A stretch of DNA of 64,000 nucleotides, from contig OZ260662.1 of the NCBI GenBank assembly GCA_965285935.1, positions 93,372,001-93,436,000 of the forward strand. Reading direction: 5' to 3'. The stretch comes from Ophelia neglecta. Taxonomy: Eukaryota. Each line of letters opens with the position of its first letter. Within the stretch, counting starts at the first letter, position 1. The translations under genes were made by a program, and so were the position numbers. The notes under the pieces were generated by a model. The model ran no database searches and was not told where the DNA came from. It worked only from the letters and a program-made list of their open reading frames with translations. Below are positions 35,201-50,700 of this stretch, piece after piece.

Positions 35201-36880
35201 TATTTTAGGCTTAGGTATGTGTTTTTATGGGTATGCCAGCTAATGGAGTTTTCGTACACTAAATGATAGGGCATTGTGAAACGAACCTGTTGGATAAGTA
35301 ATTATATGTCGTTTTTGTGTAGGAAAGGTAGATGTATTTGTGTAAATATATATAGAAATTGTTGCGATTGATAATAAAATATTTTTCCTGTTAATAAGTT
35401 TTGGTATTTGCACCGGTTCCCTTTTGTACTCCTTTCCATGCAAGCCATTAAGAGTGAAGGAATATATATTTAAGGAAACACACAATAGGCTTGCACTCCA
35501 GTCTTCTTTGCCTAAATGATATTAATTGTAGTCTCGTGCACCCGTTCCCTCTGACTCTGTAATGTTAATTGTATTCTCATTTACAGTGTTGAATAATTCG
35601 TGTTAATGTGACTTTTTTTAAATTCTGAAAATGGGCAAAAGAGCAGTAGATAAATAGTTTTTTTTTGTTAAATAATGTAAGCATCTACCAAGCTTGCTGC
35701 AGAGTCAGGTATGTTGACGGCTGGTCTACAAAAGAAATAGAATCCACAAACATACCTACAGTGTTGGCTTGTTTGATCGATGGAGAATTATGAGTTCCGT
35801 CATGGGGTAATGGGGAGAAATATCTAGATATTACCATGAGTTAATAAATGGTTATCTTGCTCAGACGCAAGGGTGTTGGCAGGCTTATTCTTCAATTGTG
35901 CCATTTTTCAGCCTATATATAGCAAATATAAACAAGCCTTTGTCTGTGGTATTTTGACAGGTTTTCATTATGCATGTTGTCTTCATGCTGGCCGGCAATC
36001 AGCTATTGAAGGTCGACATTATTAAACTGTTTTATTTTTTGCTCGGAATTTTACAAAACTTGTTGAGCATGTGTTTTCTTCGTTTCTTTAAAATAATGCT
36101 GCACTTTTATGCTTAAGGAACTACATAGATGTACATAGTCTAAGGAAAAATATGTCTTGACCGTCTATGAAGCCTTCTACTATAAAAGGATTCAGCCGTT
36201 GTTGCTCGCCTGTTGACTGCAAGAGTCGTGTTACTCGTATGTTGCTGCTTTCACACATCTCTGTATATGGTTCTGCAGCTTTCAATTCCCTTGTAGCATT
36301 TTAATTGTTTTCAGTTCCAAGCAATCAGCATACGGACTGCTATCTTGAGAAATGACCAACTGCAGCGCCTTATTTACTAATAAATATTGCACAGGCTCCG
36401 AAATTAGTATCAAAACTTGTGGTTATATGTCGCTATAATTCAAAACAGCGAAGCGCCTGCCGCAAACTTGTCATTTTTGCCAAATTAAAGAAGGATGAAT
36501 AGTCCAAGTTGCGCAAGTAATATAATTAAAAGCGGCATTTTTTCAGTCCAGGGACTAACATTAACTGACGAGCTACCGGTCTCGACAAAACAAAACACTT
36601 TTTGCACGCCATACTATTTCAGTATAGATACCAAGTGCAGTACGATTCCATCCTCACATACACACATTTCATTGACTCCATCAGCTCTTTCTTGATTTCC
36701 TGAATATTATTGAAAAATTGCTAATCATTGGGTAAACGGAATTATTTTTACATTAACATAATTTATACTTATTAACCAAGTGTGTACAGTCTTATTTCGT
36801 TTTAGGAAGTTTAAGAAAAAGTTTAATCATCGTGTTATAGGTATGGCTTATCACCAACACCACTATAGCAGAAGGTCATT

Positions 36881-36900
36881 TATATATATATATATATATA
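36881..36900. repeat. (TA)10 microsatellite
   Basis: Direct reading. Confidence 0.95.
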
Positions 36901-39900
36901 ATTTGTATAGGCCAAGGTATATGAGGTTGAATTAATCACTGACCAATCCAGTTTTTCACAATAAAGCTGAAGCCAGGGTCAAATCTCGAAGGATAATCCC
37001 CTCATTAAATAACGCTGGAGAATCCTGATACTCTACAATCCATTTCCAATATAACCAGAAGTCGGATTGCCCGGCCCCAAATCCTTATTTGACATTCTTC
37101 CTTGTATTCATCAACGGGCCCAACTATCTAGGAATGTCATCTGAATTCAATCAGGCAGTGCTCCTTGACATTAGCTACGTGCAAGTTTAGTATCCGTACG
37201 ACGAAATACAACCTGGACTGGTCAGACCGACAACGGCTCAACAGGCAACGATCACGAGAGACTGATTGGCCCATTATAGATACGGTCCTAGGACAGCTAC
37301 TTATTTAACTTACATGACATTGTGACCTAGATATGCTCGTACCAAGGGTTGGAAGAACACGCAAACACATGTACAACCCAAGTGACTATTATCAACTATA
37401 CAATTGCTGCTATTATACAGTGATAATGCGAGTCCTTAGTCTTCGTTTCTCTGATAAAGTGACAACCCTTATAGCGAAACCATCTTTGATAAATTCCCAA
37501 ATTAGGTATAATACAAACTGCATCTGTCGTTTAAAGTTATAAGTAGCATTCCCACAGGCTCCAATTGGCTATTGCATTGTTCAATATCCGTGGCTTTATA
37601 GAAAGAAATAAATCAATTAGAGTGAAAATGTTCCTCATAAAAATACCTACGGTGATGATGCTGGCTTTCAGATTTAACAAGAAAGACAAAATCACAGCAT
37701 TTGCTTTGTGAATTTGATGAGAAAGGTGACTGGTTGAGGAGCGTCTTGCTGTTTTTACCCATGCCATTTGACAGTCTAGGAGAATCCTGAGCTGTTGCGT
37801 GTAGTAGGCTCTATTGCCTTTTATGGGTCACAAATTCATCTTCCTCGGACATTTCTGGATTAACCAGCTCGTGTACACTACTGCTATTTCACCTCTGGGA
37901 ATTCAGATGGCGGGAAGCTGGCCTAGGAAAAGTGGCAACGATAGTCGATGGCATGCAACACAGTTATTATATTATCAGTGAGCACCCCTATTGACCTATT
38001 CTTCAATGATGACAAGCAAACTAATATGATCTGACGTGCCATTTTTATGGCCAGCTTGACATTTGCGAACATCGCCATGCATGGACCCTTCATCCACTAA
38101 ATGTGTTGTCAAGTGTTTCGTGGGCACATCAGGGGAACTGTTGCGTTTGAAGAGCTAGGAGCCAAACGTGTTTAGAGGTAGTTGTCCCTAGTGTCCTGTA
38201 CGACACTAAAAGGAGCTGACGTTAGAAAATGGAGGCTTTTCCAGAGCATCATGTGTATACTTGAATCACCTTGGCTTTATCAAGAGTCCTCTGAAGCTGT
38301 TGTCATCATATTGATTTACTTGAATTCAACTACACCGTAGCAGCGGTCAATTATATTAGCTAGCATCTGTTTTCTAATTGTCGTCACTTTGGAAATAGTT
38401 GTATAATGCATTTCTGCGCCTCCATTAAAATGTTTTTATACTGACAACCATTTCCTTCTTTCCCACACACTTTGGTTGTGTCACGTTCGTTTACCAAAGC
38501 CCTTCTCAATTCTGCTCCAGCTCGGGAGCAAGCTATTTAATGGTGTGCAAAGCACAATCTCCGCGTAGCACACGCACTGTAATGCTTGATTACATGTATA
38601 TGCTCTGGTCACAAGAATATGAGCTAATATGGCATTCGTTGGATTGTTTATAACAGGCGTTTAAGCCCCAAAAGATGCCTGCTATGCTTTCACCTTTGGC
38701 ATTAAATACAATTATGCCATCGCAGAGACTCTGTCCACAAAAGAGTAAGTACTTCCTTCCTTGTGCCTTGGGTATGCCGTAGACTGAATCTCAGTATCAA
38801 AATTAGAAGATTTATCAACGCACGCAGACCCTACGTGGCTTTTGTTTTATAATCATATCGAAACATTAAATCGTGCGGTCAAGCCCTATCCAGACTATGG
38901 TGTTGCACAACATATCAGCCCTATACACAATGAAAGATAAAATATACATATATATGTAATTGATTAAAGTCGAAAATGCACCCTTTGGGAAATGAACACA
39001 GTATACTGACTACTGGTTATTTAATTAACATAAAGCACTTCACGCTTGCTTTGAAGAACAGAACTTCGATTACACCTATTGCAGACACTGAACGAACACA
39101 TTAGACAATTTAGGCAGAAACAAATGATATACGTTGGTTCGCATCGTCTGTCCTTAAACCTTGTCAGTAAATGCGTTATTGGAATATGGGATGATATTGG
39201 CATGTATGTCCACTGTTCATTGCCACATGGCGCCAACACACAGAACGATATATCAAATGTGTTTATACAATTAAGAAGCAGAATATTAATATTAAGCTTC
39301 CCTGTGAACTATTATATTTATTCCTCGCAGCCAATACGATAATTTTTATCGCAGCCGACACGTAAAAAAGAAAAGTTAGGTGAAAAATACATTTTTATTA
39401 GTACATTTGATGAATTGTGCAATACATCACTGGAAAGCTCAAATCATCTTAGCAATACTCATAGTGCTAATCTTCATTTTTCGTTTTTTTAACCACCAGA
39501 GATTAAAAAAGAGGGACAATAAGAAGACAAATTTGTTGGAGTATAATAAAGTTAGACTTGTAATACTAGGCATTTGTAGTTCTCAGGGTTTCCAACTTAA
39601 TGAAGACAAAATAACAACTTTTCATTTCCATGTACCAGTAAATCTATTTCCAGAAAAAAAAATACTTCACTTCAGGTGTTTATGCTCTTAAAGTCAAAAC
39701 GTTTTAAACTTTATGCAGAATGGTCTACATCAGTATGTTTTTGCTGACAAGTTTAATCGAATATCATTGTTTTGTTTTTAAAAACGTAGAATACAGTCCC
39801 TATTGAATTCCCTAATATGTAAATTGTTAACAAACAGTCTATTATTTCACAATTGCAAACTAGAATATCATATCCGTTTTCTTATTTTGAATAATCTGTG

Positions 39901-40779
39901 GTATGTCAATTTGTATTCCATTCCCCTTTAGTTCTCCCTGTACACACACGCACACACACACGTTCGTTTTGAAGGTCTTCTGGGGTCAATTAGAGACCTG
40001 CAGCATCAGCTGCGTTTAATGAGCTAATTGTAGTGTGGTTCTATTTCATGCAAAGGAAAATTCTCAATTCTCGCTTTTCATTACCGACCAACGCGGACAG
40101 GTTGCTTTGAAAAAAATGATAACTTATGTTATCATCAGAATGTTCACACCCTGAGAAATTTACTTCCCGTTTCCAAAGTCTACACAGACTTTTACAACAT
40201 GCACCCTCTTTTTAGATGTAACAAGTGCATCCATGACGTCATAGCTGCAACATCTCCGGCATGACCTTTGTCGTAGAAGAGGAATTCAGAATGTGTCGAC
40301 CAATAGTATAAAGAATAATTGAAGGAATCAATCGATTTCATTAAGTGAAAGTGACCCTCAGCCAGCCAACCAAGTAAGGTTAAACCGGGTTGTCTGGTCA
40401 AGGGGCCTTCTTTCATTTTAACACAAATTTAAGCCCTAGACTAAGTAATACTTACTGTATTATGTAACTCATAGTGAAGAAATAAAAATCTGGTGGCTAT
40501 GCCTCAATGCATAATTATCCTATTTTTTTCAAGAGGTAAAAGATGATTTTCTAAATAACTAATAGTACACAATACTGTCCCTAACATAATTATCAATTTC
40601 TTATTTAACATCAATAAACTGATATATGTGTCTAAAGGAAAAGTAAACTTTTATCAGGAGTTACTTTAGGTTATCCTCCAAATGGAGGGGCACAGGATTT
40701 GAAGTTTCATAACACAAACCGTACAAGTTGACCAAAAAACAGGAGTGAATACCCAGCCGATAATGCAAATTCTTTAATC

Positions 40780-41085
40780 AAACTAGCCCATTAAATCGGT
40801 ACGAAATTCTCAGGAGCCGCCAACTGCAGGCTTACAAACATCAACACCAGCTCACCAACTTGAACAACTAAGTGGATACCCACCAGACAATATAATTTAT
40901 CAAGAATAGTCCGTTAATCGGTCGGAAATCATCAGGAGCCAGCTGATGCGGGCCGACAATCACCAGCCCTTAGCATTCAACCGTAAATATCCATAACAAA
41001 TTCAATCAATAAAATCTTGGGTCAAAAACTATCTATCAAATCTGTCCAACTTCGTCAGAAACCAGCAGCAGCAGCCCCACCTACA
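40780..41085. repeat. Three diverged tandem units of ~120-125 bp
   Basis: Recurring core AATCGGTACGAAATTCTCAGGAGCC / AATCGGTCGGAAATCATCAGGAGCC / AATCTGTCCAACTTCGTCAGAAACC; a similar core occurs at ~13255-13300. Confidence 0.55.
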
Positions 41086-44000
41086 GTTTATCTCTTGTGT
41101 AAGTGGCATTTAACTACAGAAAATGGAATAAAAGGTATTCAGGTGTCTCTAATATCGATTTTAAACTCAGGACAACCTCCTTTCCATGTATAACTGAAGT
41201 TTCCAAAGTTGCGACATACATTTACGCTACGCCAAGAATGTCGGTGATAAACGAATGGAAGAAAAAACCTCATAATGCTTCCTTGTATTTTTTCTCGTAT
41301 ATTCCGGAAGTTTGTAGCCCAATGGATGGCGTTCGTTGATTTATTGGTACAGTGCAATTTTTAAATATGCTGAACAATTATACTTGAATATCTAGTTTAA
41401 ACTCCGCACCACCTAGTTTACTGTTGTGTCTTAAGTTTAGGGAGTTTACAACGTAACACGTTACATTTGAGCTACCTATGGAGAAAGTCAGACCTGTTCG
41501 ACACTTAAACTCCAGAATAACTACTATTTATCGTAAGTTGCCCAGTGTTCCTCATCACAGTCGCTGGTTTCAACACCGCTCCACCTCTTTAAAGAGTTGT
41601 GTAGTTTACATTTCAATAGGTCCATGGCTACGATTGCTCTACATCGAGTAGATATATACGTCGCAAACTAACGAAAGAGCCTTTTCTTTTCCAAAAGGTT
41701 CTTTGGTTAGCTTGTTCAGGTATATAAATTTCTAGCCGTGTCTGTTGTTGCGAATGTGCGTTAAAAAGGGAACATTTATTGAAATAGCCATGCTTTCTGC
41801 GAAAATACAACAGATGGGCAGTAAAGATAAATTCTGTACCTTCTTCAGAAACTAATTATCTATGAAACCTTGCCACTGTTTGTAACCATAGCATATCGTG
41901 ATCAAGTAACTTGAATGACACATTATTTGTCATTGAGTGAACGAACCCTGAGTCTCTATCTCAAGGACGAAATTATATGCTTTCTCGACGACCTTACACA
42001 TTTTTTTTTATTAAAACAAGTATGGTAATTTTCCTATTGCTGGAAAACAAATGGGTTAATTGTAACATCAATTTCTCTTTGATATACGCGAAAATAAACG
42101 ATATAATATTTAAATAATTTCTTGGAAAAGAGGATATTTGTGAATTAGAAGAAGGGGGTAGGTCTCATATTCAAATAAGACATTAGTTATTTATAAATGA
42201 ACTTGAATGTGGGATGAACGTTGGGACTGATTTTAATGCGTGTGGCCATGAAACTCCATGTTCGTATGTACCCGACCTTCGCATGACTGGTGTCGCCATT
42301 ATTCAGAGTAGACTGCGCATGGCTATGGGGTGCGCGGCAGACAAAAGCACCGACCCTTGTGTGCGAGAGGTGGCCTTCACAAGCGCCTATGCTGAAAGGA
42401 TTATCAAATAGGCATTAAGCTCACGTTATGCCTGTAACTCCCTAAATATTTCAATGGGAAAATGAAGCTGGTATGACTCCCAACCAGACAATTTAAGAAT
42501 GTTTAATGAATATTTTAAACCAATCACTGGCCAACATGTTAAACATATTATAAAAACCTAAGCAACTGTTCAGAGCTTACAAAGCCTGTATTAAAGGATG
42601 GTATGTAAAAATATGGAAGCTGAATTATGCGTTGGACCGAAAAACTAATCCCGAAAAAGTTAAGTTTATGTGCATTGGTGCGCAAAAACTGGGGTAAGAT
42701 GCAGGTACATGATATGACGGTGCTTGAACAGTTGACCGCGCTAAATTTATGGATTTTCTGACAAACCTAAAATACATTATGATTGTGAAACTCAAGAACA
42801 TAATTAGCTGAAGCATATCCTTTTTCCATTCACTTTTGACTACTAAATCTTCATAACACCTAGCGCCATGAACCATTTTGAATCTTGGATTCTAAATGTC
42901 TAAGCTTAACTATGCTACAATGCGTATTGAAAACATGCGTTTTCATTATGTATATTTGGCAATAGTTGAGAACGAATGTTGTCCAAACATATGTTATCGT
43001 GCGATCCAAAAGTCGTTACATGTGACATTCAAAATGTAGCCGTACACGTGTAGGTTTCTGGACTTAAACGCGAAATCTTACCTTCCCTTATACAAAAATT
43101 ACCCTACATGCAGATCTTGTTATCATCATTAACAATATTTCCAACAAATATTAATGGTTGGTACTGCGGCCAGTGTTCTGGTTCGCAGTTCCGAACTAAG
43201 TCGGCTTCTAATGAACACGTGTATGTTCAACATTCTGTCCATGTGGATTGTACTGCGGCGGATAATCTGGTTCGCAGTTCTGCCCAGCATTCAAACACTA
43301 TCCAGTAGTTTTTAACCTAGTCGCTGACGCTGCAAGCCGGTTGCTTGCAACATCTGCATATCTGAATTTTGTCCAAAGTTTTAAGTTTAAGGTACCAGCA
43401 GAACTATACATACTAATACCTTGGAGTTTTGGGTATTTCTGTAATAATAGCAGTACCTACCAGCGCGATTTACCTGGAATTACACGTCTTTATCATCTCT
43501 GCTGATTATTGCACAAACCATACCTCCGACCCTTACCTTGTTCCATTTTTCGATGTTCTATTTTATGTACCCCTACCTCGCCCGTTATTTTCCCTTCTAG
43601 CCTATTTCATTCTATTCCCTCTCACAACCCACTTGCTGGCTTGCTTCCTATTCTCGCAACTGCTTTCACTTAACGCCATGTATACGCTAGCCCCATCTAT
43701 TGACCAGCAAAGATCCGAAAGAACCAAATAAGGAACGTTTTTAAGGGGTTCTATAAAGACCTTGTGTTGTTATTGTCAAAACATCGCAAATGTCTCATAA
43801 TTGTGTATAAAGGAATCAAACCCGGTGTTACTTGTTTTCGCTACTGTTTACTGCTTACCTGTGCTGCAAAATAAGTTGGGACGGGCCTTGCGAAAATGCA
43901 ATTTATTTTTGTCTATAAATCATGTTTTGTTGGAAAGTTATTTTCTAATCAAGAGTTTCAATGGTCTAGTATTTCAATATTGCAAAGGGGCTTTCTTCCA

Positions 44001-47000
44001 AAAACATTTTTATTCCACGAGTCTGAAATATCACAGTAGATCCGTGACCAAACGACCTTCCTGTTCCCAGTGGCTTACATTGTTTATCAAAGACAACACA
44101 TTTTCTGTGAGCGCTATCTGGGTGCGGCAATAAATCGCAGTGGAATGGGAGGCGGGGAGCATTTAGAGTGTTTACCATAAGCCCTTTTCAGATAAATGTA
44201 TCCAGATGTGAAATAGAGAGCAGCACAATTAAGGTGTATCTGCCAATAAGATCAATAAAGTGTCATGGATGCCATCTAAATCTGAAAGAAACTGGATAGT
44301 TTATATCACAGCCGACCAGAAAGGGAGCGTCTTCTCGATGGAGAGAACATCGGGGCAGGCCACCTGCCGATCTTGTTGCCGGAGTCCCTTAAATCAAGCT
44401 AGAAAAGCGCTCCTGTCTCACCCCGTTCTCATGGGGACCTGTGTCTGGCTGAGCAATGGCGGTCTCTGCCTAAGCAGGACCTTACGAAGCCTTGCTATAT
44501 TAACAATGGGAAGAGGGCAGCGTAAAAGTCTACAAATGCGATTAGCTGGAAGCTTTAGTTGTAAGATCCAACCAACATTGAAAAATATCAGAGCCGTTTT
44601 TGCGACTTTTACTGCAAGACCTTTAATTTATTGTGGGACTTTGCGCATCTGGGCCATCCATCTCCCTTTGAGAATTGTCGATGAGGACTTCTCGTGTTAA
44701 TGTTGCTAGTCCAGCAAGGCAATTACTTTATGGAAGAAGCTCAAGGGGCATTCTACACTCCATGGCAAGCTCAGAAATCGCCTGAAAACAAAAACGCTTT
44801 AGCTGCTGGCTTGGCAAGATTCAAATGTGCATTAGATCTGCTTCTCATCGATCATTATTCATTTCAATTAGTTATGTCCAAATGTCCCAAGGATAACGAA
44901 TGCTTCTGACGGGGCTGAACCCGGGTGTTATTAATTTGGCAGGCTATATAAGAGAGTGATGGAAGCCCGTTTAGAGTTTCTACTCGGGACAGGAAGTTGG
45001 ATCTTCTACGTTGACCTTGTGGCCGGAGAAAGAACCACCCAAGACAGGCTACTATATAATAAACGAGTTTTTGCCGGCCAGGGGACAGATAGATGAGGGG
45101 GTTGGGTAATCTGTTAGCCAGCGATAGCGCCCTTACTACTCGAGCAATTACTCCCTTGGTTCTCTTTTCTCGCCATGCCGGGTGACCGAATGCAAATCTC
45201 TGCCTGAGACCTTTTGGCATACCACTCCAAATGGGAATCCCAATTTGTCTCGAAACCAAGATGGAAATTTTGTGAAGACTGTCAGGAGATGGAAAACACA
45301 TGGTTCCAATCTCGTCCGGCTTACAGATTATATCGGTATATCAATATCTGGTGTTGAGACGCCTTGGTCTACTACTCAATGTTTGATCATGTGCAAATCT
45401 GACGGTGGCATGTCAATTACCAACAAACATGGGGCCATAATTTGCAATTTATATAATACCCTGTCCGCTACATACTGATTTAAGCAGGACGCGTCATCCC
45501 CTCAGGTACTACCATATATATTAAGACAAAACAAAACCTCAATAATTGATGTGTACATGATAACACCGCCGGTACAACATCTATGCTGTGACTTTTCAAG
45601 TTAATTGCCAAATTGGTCTCCAACGGAGATTTACAACAACATGTCTTCCATTATACTGAAAGCCCCGGTAGATACAGTTAATATAGTCTCCTGCGTGGAG
45701 GTAGTCTAATGGACTCAAAACCCTAGGGTAATAGGACCCAGAATTTTCGGGCCGGATCCCCTTATATATACTAAAATCTTCTGACACACGGACCTATTGT
45801 AATATACCAGTGTTTTAAGATGGGATGGGTCCTGGGTTAATTAAAGGAATCATATGGGTACCTTCCATCGATGGGCACCCAAATACTTGTACACCGACAT
45901 TCTCTAACTTACTTTAATATCAGACAAACCTCAATCTAGTCTTAACCAGTTGATTTCAAACTTTTGTCTATCTTCGGTATTTTTGTTACCTACTTGAATG
46001 TATCAGATCTACTTGAGATAATTATTTACACGTTTTACTTAATATTGATATCCTGTTTTATTGCATTCGCATGACATCTATTTGGAACGGTAAATTTTCG
46101 CGTCATTACCCAACGTGTAACGTGTGTGTTTCCTAAATGTTCGCCGATGAACGTCTGAAGTCAGTCATGTGATGGCAACAGGCAGCTCCCGGAAGTGCCA
46201 ACATGTGCCGAGTACACACAATTTTCACATCGCTCAGTCTCAATGAGAAATACGCATTGCAAATACCTCGGAACGAATTGGATGCTGTGTTGCAATATAT
46301 TTCATCAGGATATACATACAGTATATAACTGAAGGTTAGTTGTTATTGACATGGCATTTTATTTGTATTCAGAATTTGGCCTAATAAATAGCAGTCTATA
46401 AGGAATAAGTTATATTTGTCATTCCTTCTTAATATATCCACTGCAGGCACATTGCAAATTGCCAAACATATTGCATTTCATAATACGTAGGTGGCAGAGC
46501 CCTACATTTTCATTTCATTTTCGTTGTAATAAGTTGGGCTAGTTGTCAATTCTTTTTGCAGGATTCAATATATTTACAGCAGACACAAATTGAAGATGTA
46601 ATAATAATGTAAAAATACGGTTAATATTGATGTATGCCTTCTGAGAACTGAAATAATTGCCAATGATGAGTAAAAATATTACCAGCATGCAATGATCTTA
46701 AACATAATGAAGAAAATGACTACTTCATGCAGAGCCATAATGAACTAGCTATTATTGAAGGAGGTTAGTTTTTCAGTACTGTTCATGCGCTGTGGACAGT
46801 TGATAGGTAAATGTTGATTTCATTGAAATTTCCTGTGCCATAAGACTGAATGCTCTAGTATGTCTAAAGGAGTACGGTGGGCTTATAGTAAATGCCTTTT
46901 AATTAAACCCACCATTCTAAAGATGGAGTGTTTTTGCAACAACTGTATTATTTGACAAGTTTGAGAAGCATTAAAATTTTGCATGTAGCTTTTGCCATAA

Positions 47001-47646
47001 ATAAGAAATGATACAATTCATGAAAGAAATAATTCAACGTTCATTTACCCTTTAACGATGAGGAACATGTAGCCTATAATACTATAGGCATTTTGAATTA
47101 CTTAGACATTATGGTTTACCTGCTCCAACGGTTCTACACAAGAACCTTTTTCATTTACATTTTACAGTTGGCCCATTCCATCAAGTCTACAAATGAGACA
47201 AAAACACGTAAAAAAAACGGACTACTGGCAGTGGCGATATGCCTGTATATATTATTGTCCCAAGCCAAATAACTAACCACTTAACTACGAACAGTAAAAT
47301 GCATTTGCTCTTATCATTGTAACGAATAAAACCCCCATGTGTCTGATAGTATTACTGGTAAAAGTCTTAATTACCTGCGTCTAGTTGTGTGAATTCTAAT
47401 GTGCATCCAAGCAAAGAGGTGCCGTTTCCGTTTACATTTGGAATGCTACGAAGCACTTCCGCTACGCCATGTTCAGACTGAGAAAACCTCAGTTCCCGGA
47501 ACAGGTTGTGTTCTTCGTGTTTACCGTCTATTTGTTGTTCATCACACCTCATATTGAGCAATTGATGGGTCATTGATCAAACTGTGTGGCTTTGGAATTA
47601 GTCTGGAATATTCTGGTCCCTGGGAATCGTTTGACACCCTTAGTTG

Positions 47647-47792
47647 CCTTCTTTGAGCTGCACACCATACAATATAGGGAGCTCCCCTTTGTCACTGGTA
47701 TTTCGAACCAACGCTATTTTTCCCCAAGTATGTCTTTCTTGGGCTGCATACCATACAAATAAGGGAGCTGCCTTTTGTCATTGGCATTTTGA
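47647..47792. repeat. Diverged local tandem duplication (~60-bp core, ~87-bp period)
   Basis: GAGCTGCACACCATACAATATAGGGAGCTCCCCTTTGTCACTGG vs GGGCTGCATACCATACAAATAAGGGAGCTGCCTTTTGTCATTGG. Confidence 0.8.
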
Positions 47793-50700
47793 ATATTTGT
47801 TATTCATTAACAAAAGATATATTTTTCCATCATATCGCAATTTCATTCTTCAATATTGATTTTTTTGATTTCACGTGTCCTCCTACAAATCCAAGTATGA
47901 AGGTGTATGCATTTACACATTTGATTGAATTTCTTTTTGATAAGAATAACCTTGACTTAAATGGGAACTTGCAAAAGTTTATTTGTATATCCTGTCAGTT
48001 TTTGCCGTTGTTTGTTACAAGGGGTTATCTGCCTGTAAATTCGTATAAGATCAGGTATACAGGATATATCACCTCAGATGCTACAGTACATTTGTCTTGT
48101 CTTTACGTTTAATGATATAATCTATTATGACTTAAACAGACAAGGGTGTTAACTGGACCAGTCTTATAGAAACCGAACACTATGAAAAACATACCTGTTA
48201 GTTTCTATATATACAAAATAACAAGCATGTGAATGTCATTGCGGTCAGTTATAATGAGATATTTCATTTTTTTGACAGGCACCATAGTAATTGCTAAGGA
48301 GGTTCCATTTTATCCGATGTAAATTTCCGAAGGATAATGCTTCCAATGACGTCCTCTATGTATATTGGAAACAATTTTATTCTTGATTCCACTCAATCAG
48401 GATAATTGTCGCCCACGGAGAGTAAAACAGATCTTTAAGCCTTTGCAGACTTTGTTTACACACAACAGTCACCTTTAGAATGGTCGTTATCAAAGATAAG
48501 CATTCCAAACACAGGCATTATAGATGGATGACTCTGAACCTTGAGGCGGTGCAAAATTAAAGTGAGTACAGGAAGAAATACTCAGTGGGTTCCCTGGGTT
48601 GGGGGAAGACTGATTGAATTGTTGTGTTGAGGCCTTTGTGATGTCAACGTAAATTAGATTGTAGGATGACTGTGGATCAGTTAGGCCAAAGAGAGTATTC
48701 TGGGTCATTTCAGCAACATCGGGTTTAAACTTAACGTGCTAGGATTAGAAAACTACCTTTTACTCCTCAGCCGAACTGGCTCCTATATATAGCACATCCA
48801 TCTACCTACTCACACACTCGTAGAATATGTATAGCATAGTAAGGTTATAGTTCCTAAAGCTAAGCAAAATTAAAAGTATATAAGCAGTAATCTATAGCGG
48901 ATGGTCCTCTGCTGTGTGCAATGCATCGATTGAAAGTGAAACGCCGAAAAATGATGAAGTGTCATTCCTGCTTCTAGCTGACATTTGCAATTCCGGTTCA
49001 TGGGAAACTGCACCACGCTAAAATGTGACTGCAGCCATCGTCATAACTGTAATATTTTACAAATTGTTGTCATCTCTGGGTGCCTTCCCGCTTTCTTTAC
49101 GTTCCCATAAACTAACTCACACCTTCGTTTGCGTAATAGACTATAAGAACTGTCTTTTTAGATAAATAATATATTTCCACTCGTCCAACAAAATATTTGT
49201 TCTTGCATTCGTTCACTACATCTTGCAGAATATATGAAAAGATGGGCAACTAGTAAACAATCAAGATTCTTTGATGTTTGCATGACACTGCCAATGCAGT
49301 TAGTTCTTTATTCCTAGAAACCTTTTATCTGCATGCCTTTGAAGGCGGAAGCCCTTGAGAACCAAGGCAATCTTGAAATTCTGTCAAGTCATAGATACCA
49401 ACTCCTTAGGGTAATTCCTTAATTCTGGGAACAAGACAGATACGCTAAACTCCACTTGGCTGTCATTGAGCTAAAATGGCAGTCTTTTCGTCCCACTCCG
49501 TAACTGCTTATTGAGAGCAAACACTATCGCCATTCGGAAAATTCCTCTTTATAGCTCAATAAGAAATCATTACTACTTGCATCCTAGTCCTGGGAAAAGC
49601 AAAATGCAAACTTAAGCCTCTTAGCCCAATTTATTTGGTTCTTATTGGATTAATTGAAGAGCAAACAATCCATCAATTTTTTTTCAAAATCTATTACTCA
49701 GAGAACTAGGAAAATCAATGTTTCGGTGCAAAGGCAGCCGCAGAATTGATGAATTTAGCTCTTTGGGGATGCTTTGGGGACGTCAGATTCGGCAAAATGA
49801 TCCACCCTTGAATATTAACATCCGTTATCGTGATTTCAAACTGTCAATGGCTGTCAATGTAATTGCCATCACATTGATAATACCTACAGAGGAAAAAATT
49901 CATTCCATTTTATTTTTCATCAGCCAGGCAATCGCATGTTTTATATGAGCATGAGATCCGGTGTGATATTTATTTTTGTTACATCATGAGTACTTTTTCG
50001 TCAACTGCAGTAACTTTAGATAGAAAACAACCCGTTTTTTACGTGGTATGAATTAACTATGCTTAATGTGACAGGGAGCTTCCTGTTTCTCCAGTAATAA
50101 TGGTCGTTTTCTCAATTCAACCGTCTTGCCTGGCTTTCCAACTCGTCTCATGAACTTGTTTTATAGGAAACGCTATATATGCCTGTCACGCTACAAAAAA
50201 GAGTTATGAACATTTTACGAGCATTTTTGCTTGACATTATGGGTTTAGTCGAGGCATCCCTAGAGTAGAATTTCTATTATATCTTCCCTTCCTTGTTTCA
50301 AACAAACATTATGTACTAGAATGGGTTTCTATAATTCTGGATCCTTCATCATAAAGAAAATTGAACGAAACGAAAATAGGAATTAAATTTCAGTCGGTCC
50401 CTTATTTTAACTCATATACATGTAATTGGCAACCGACATTGTCTAAGGCTTCCTCTACACAGTTAATTTTTTATTTGCTTTATTGTTTTTACAGACGGCA
50501 TGTTTTGTTCTCCGGTCTTCACAGTGCGGCAAATAGAAAGAATATTGTTAGGGATATTCAAACAATACTATTAAATGACAATTAAATAAATATATAAACT
50601 TTGTTGTGCATGCGGAAACTTTAGAACTTTTTCTAATGCACGTTACCCCCATTTAAAGCTCATTAAGGTTCAATCGGGTAATTTTAAAGATCGAAAGAGC

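Noticed and set aside
47367-47660. Minus-strand exon candidate with CAG|GTAATT donor
   Set aside because: No recognisable domain, no phase-compatible partner exons, and it abuts a local duplication.
48490-48795. Minus-strand TATA-like motif followed by a 72-aa ORF
   Set aside because: No homology or coding features; expected by chance in AT-rich DNA.
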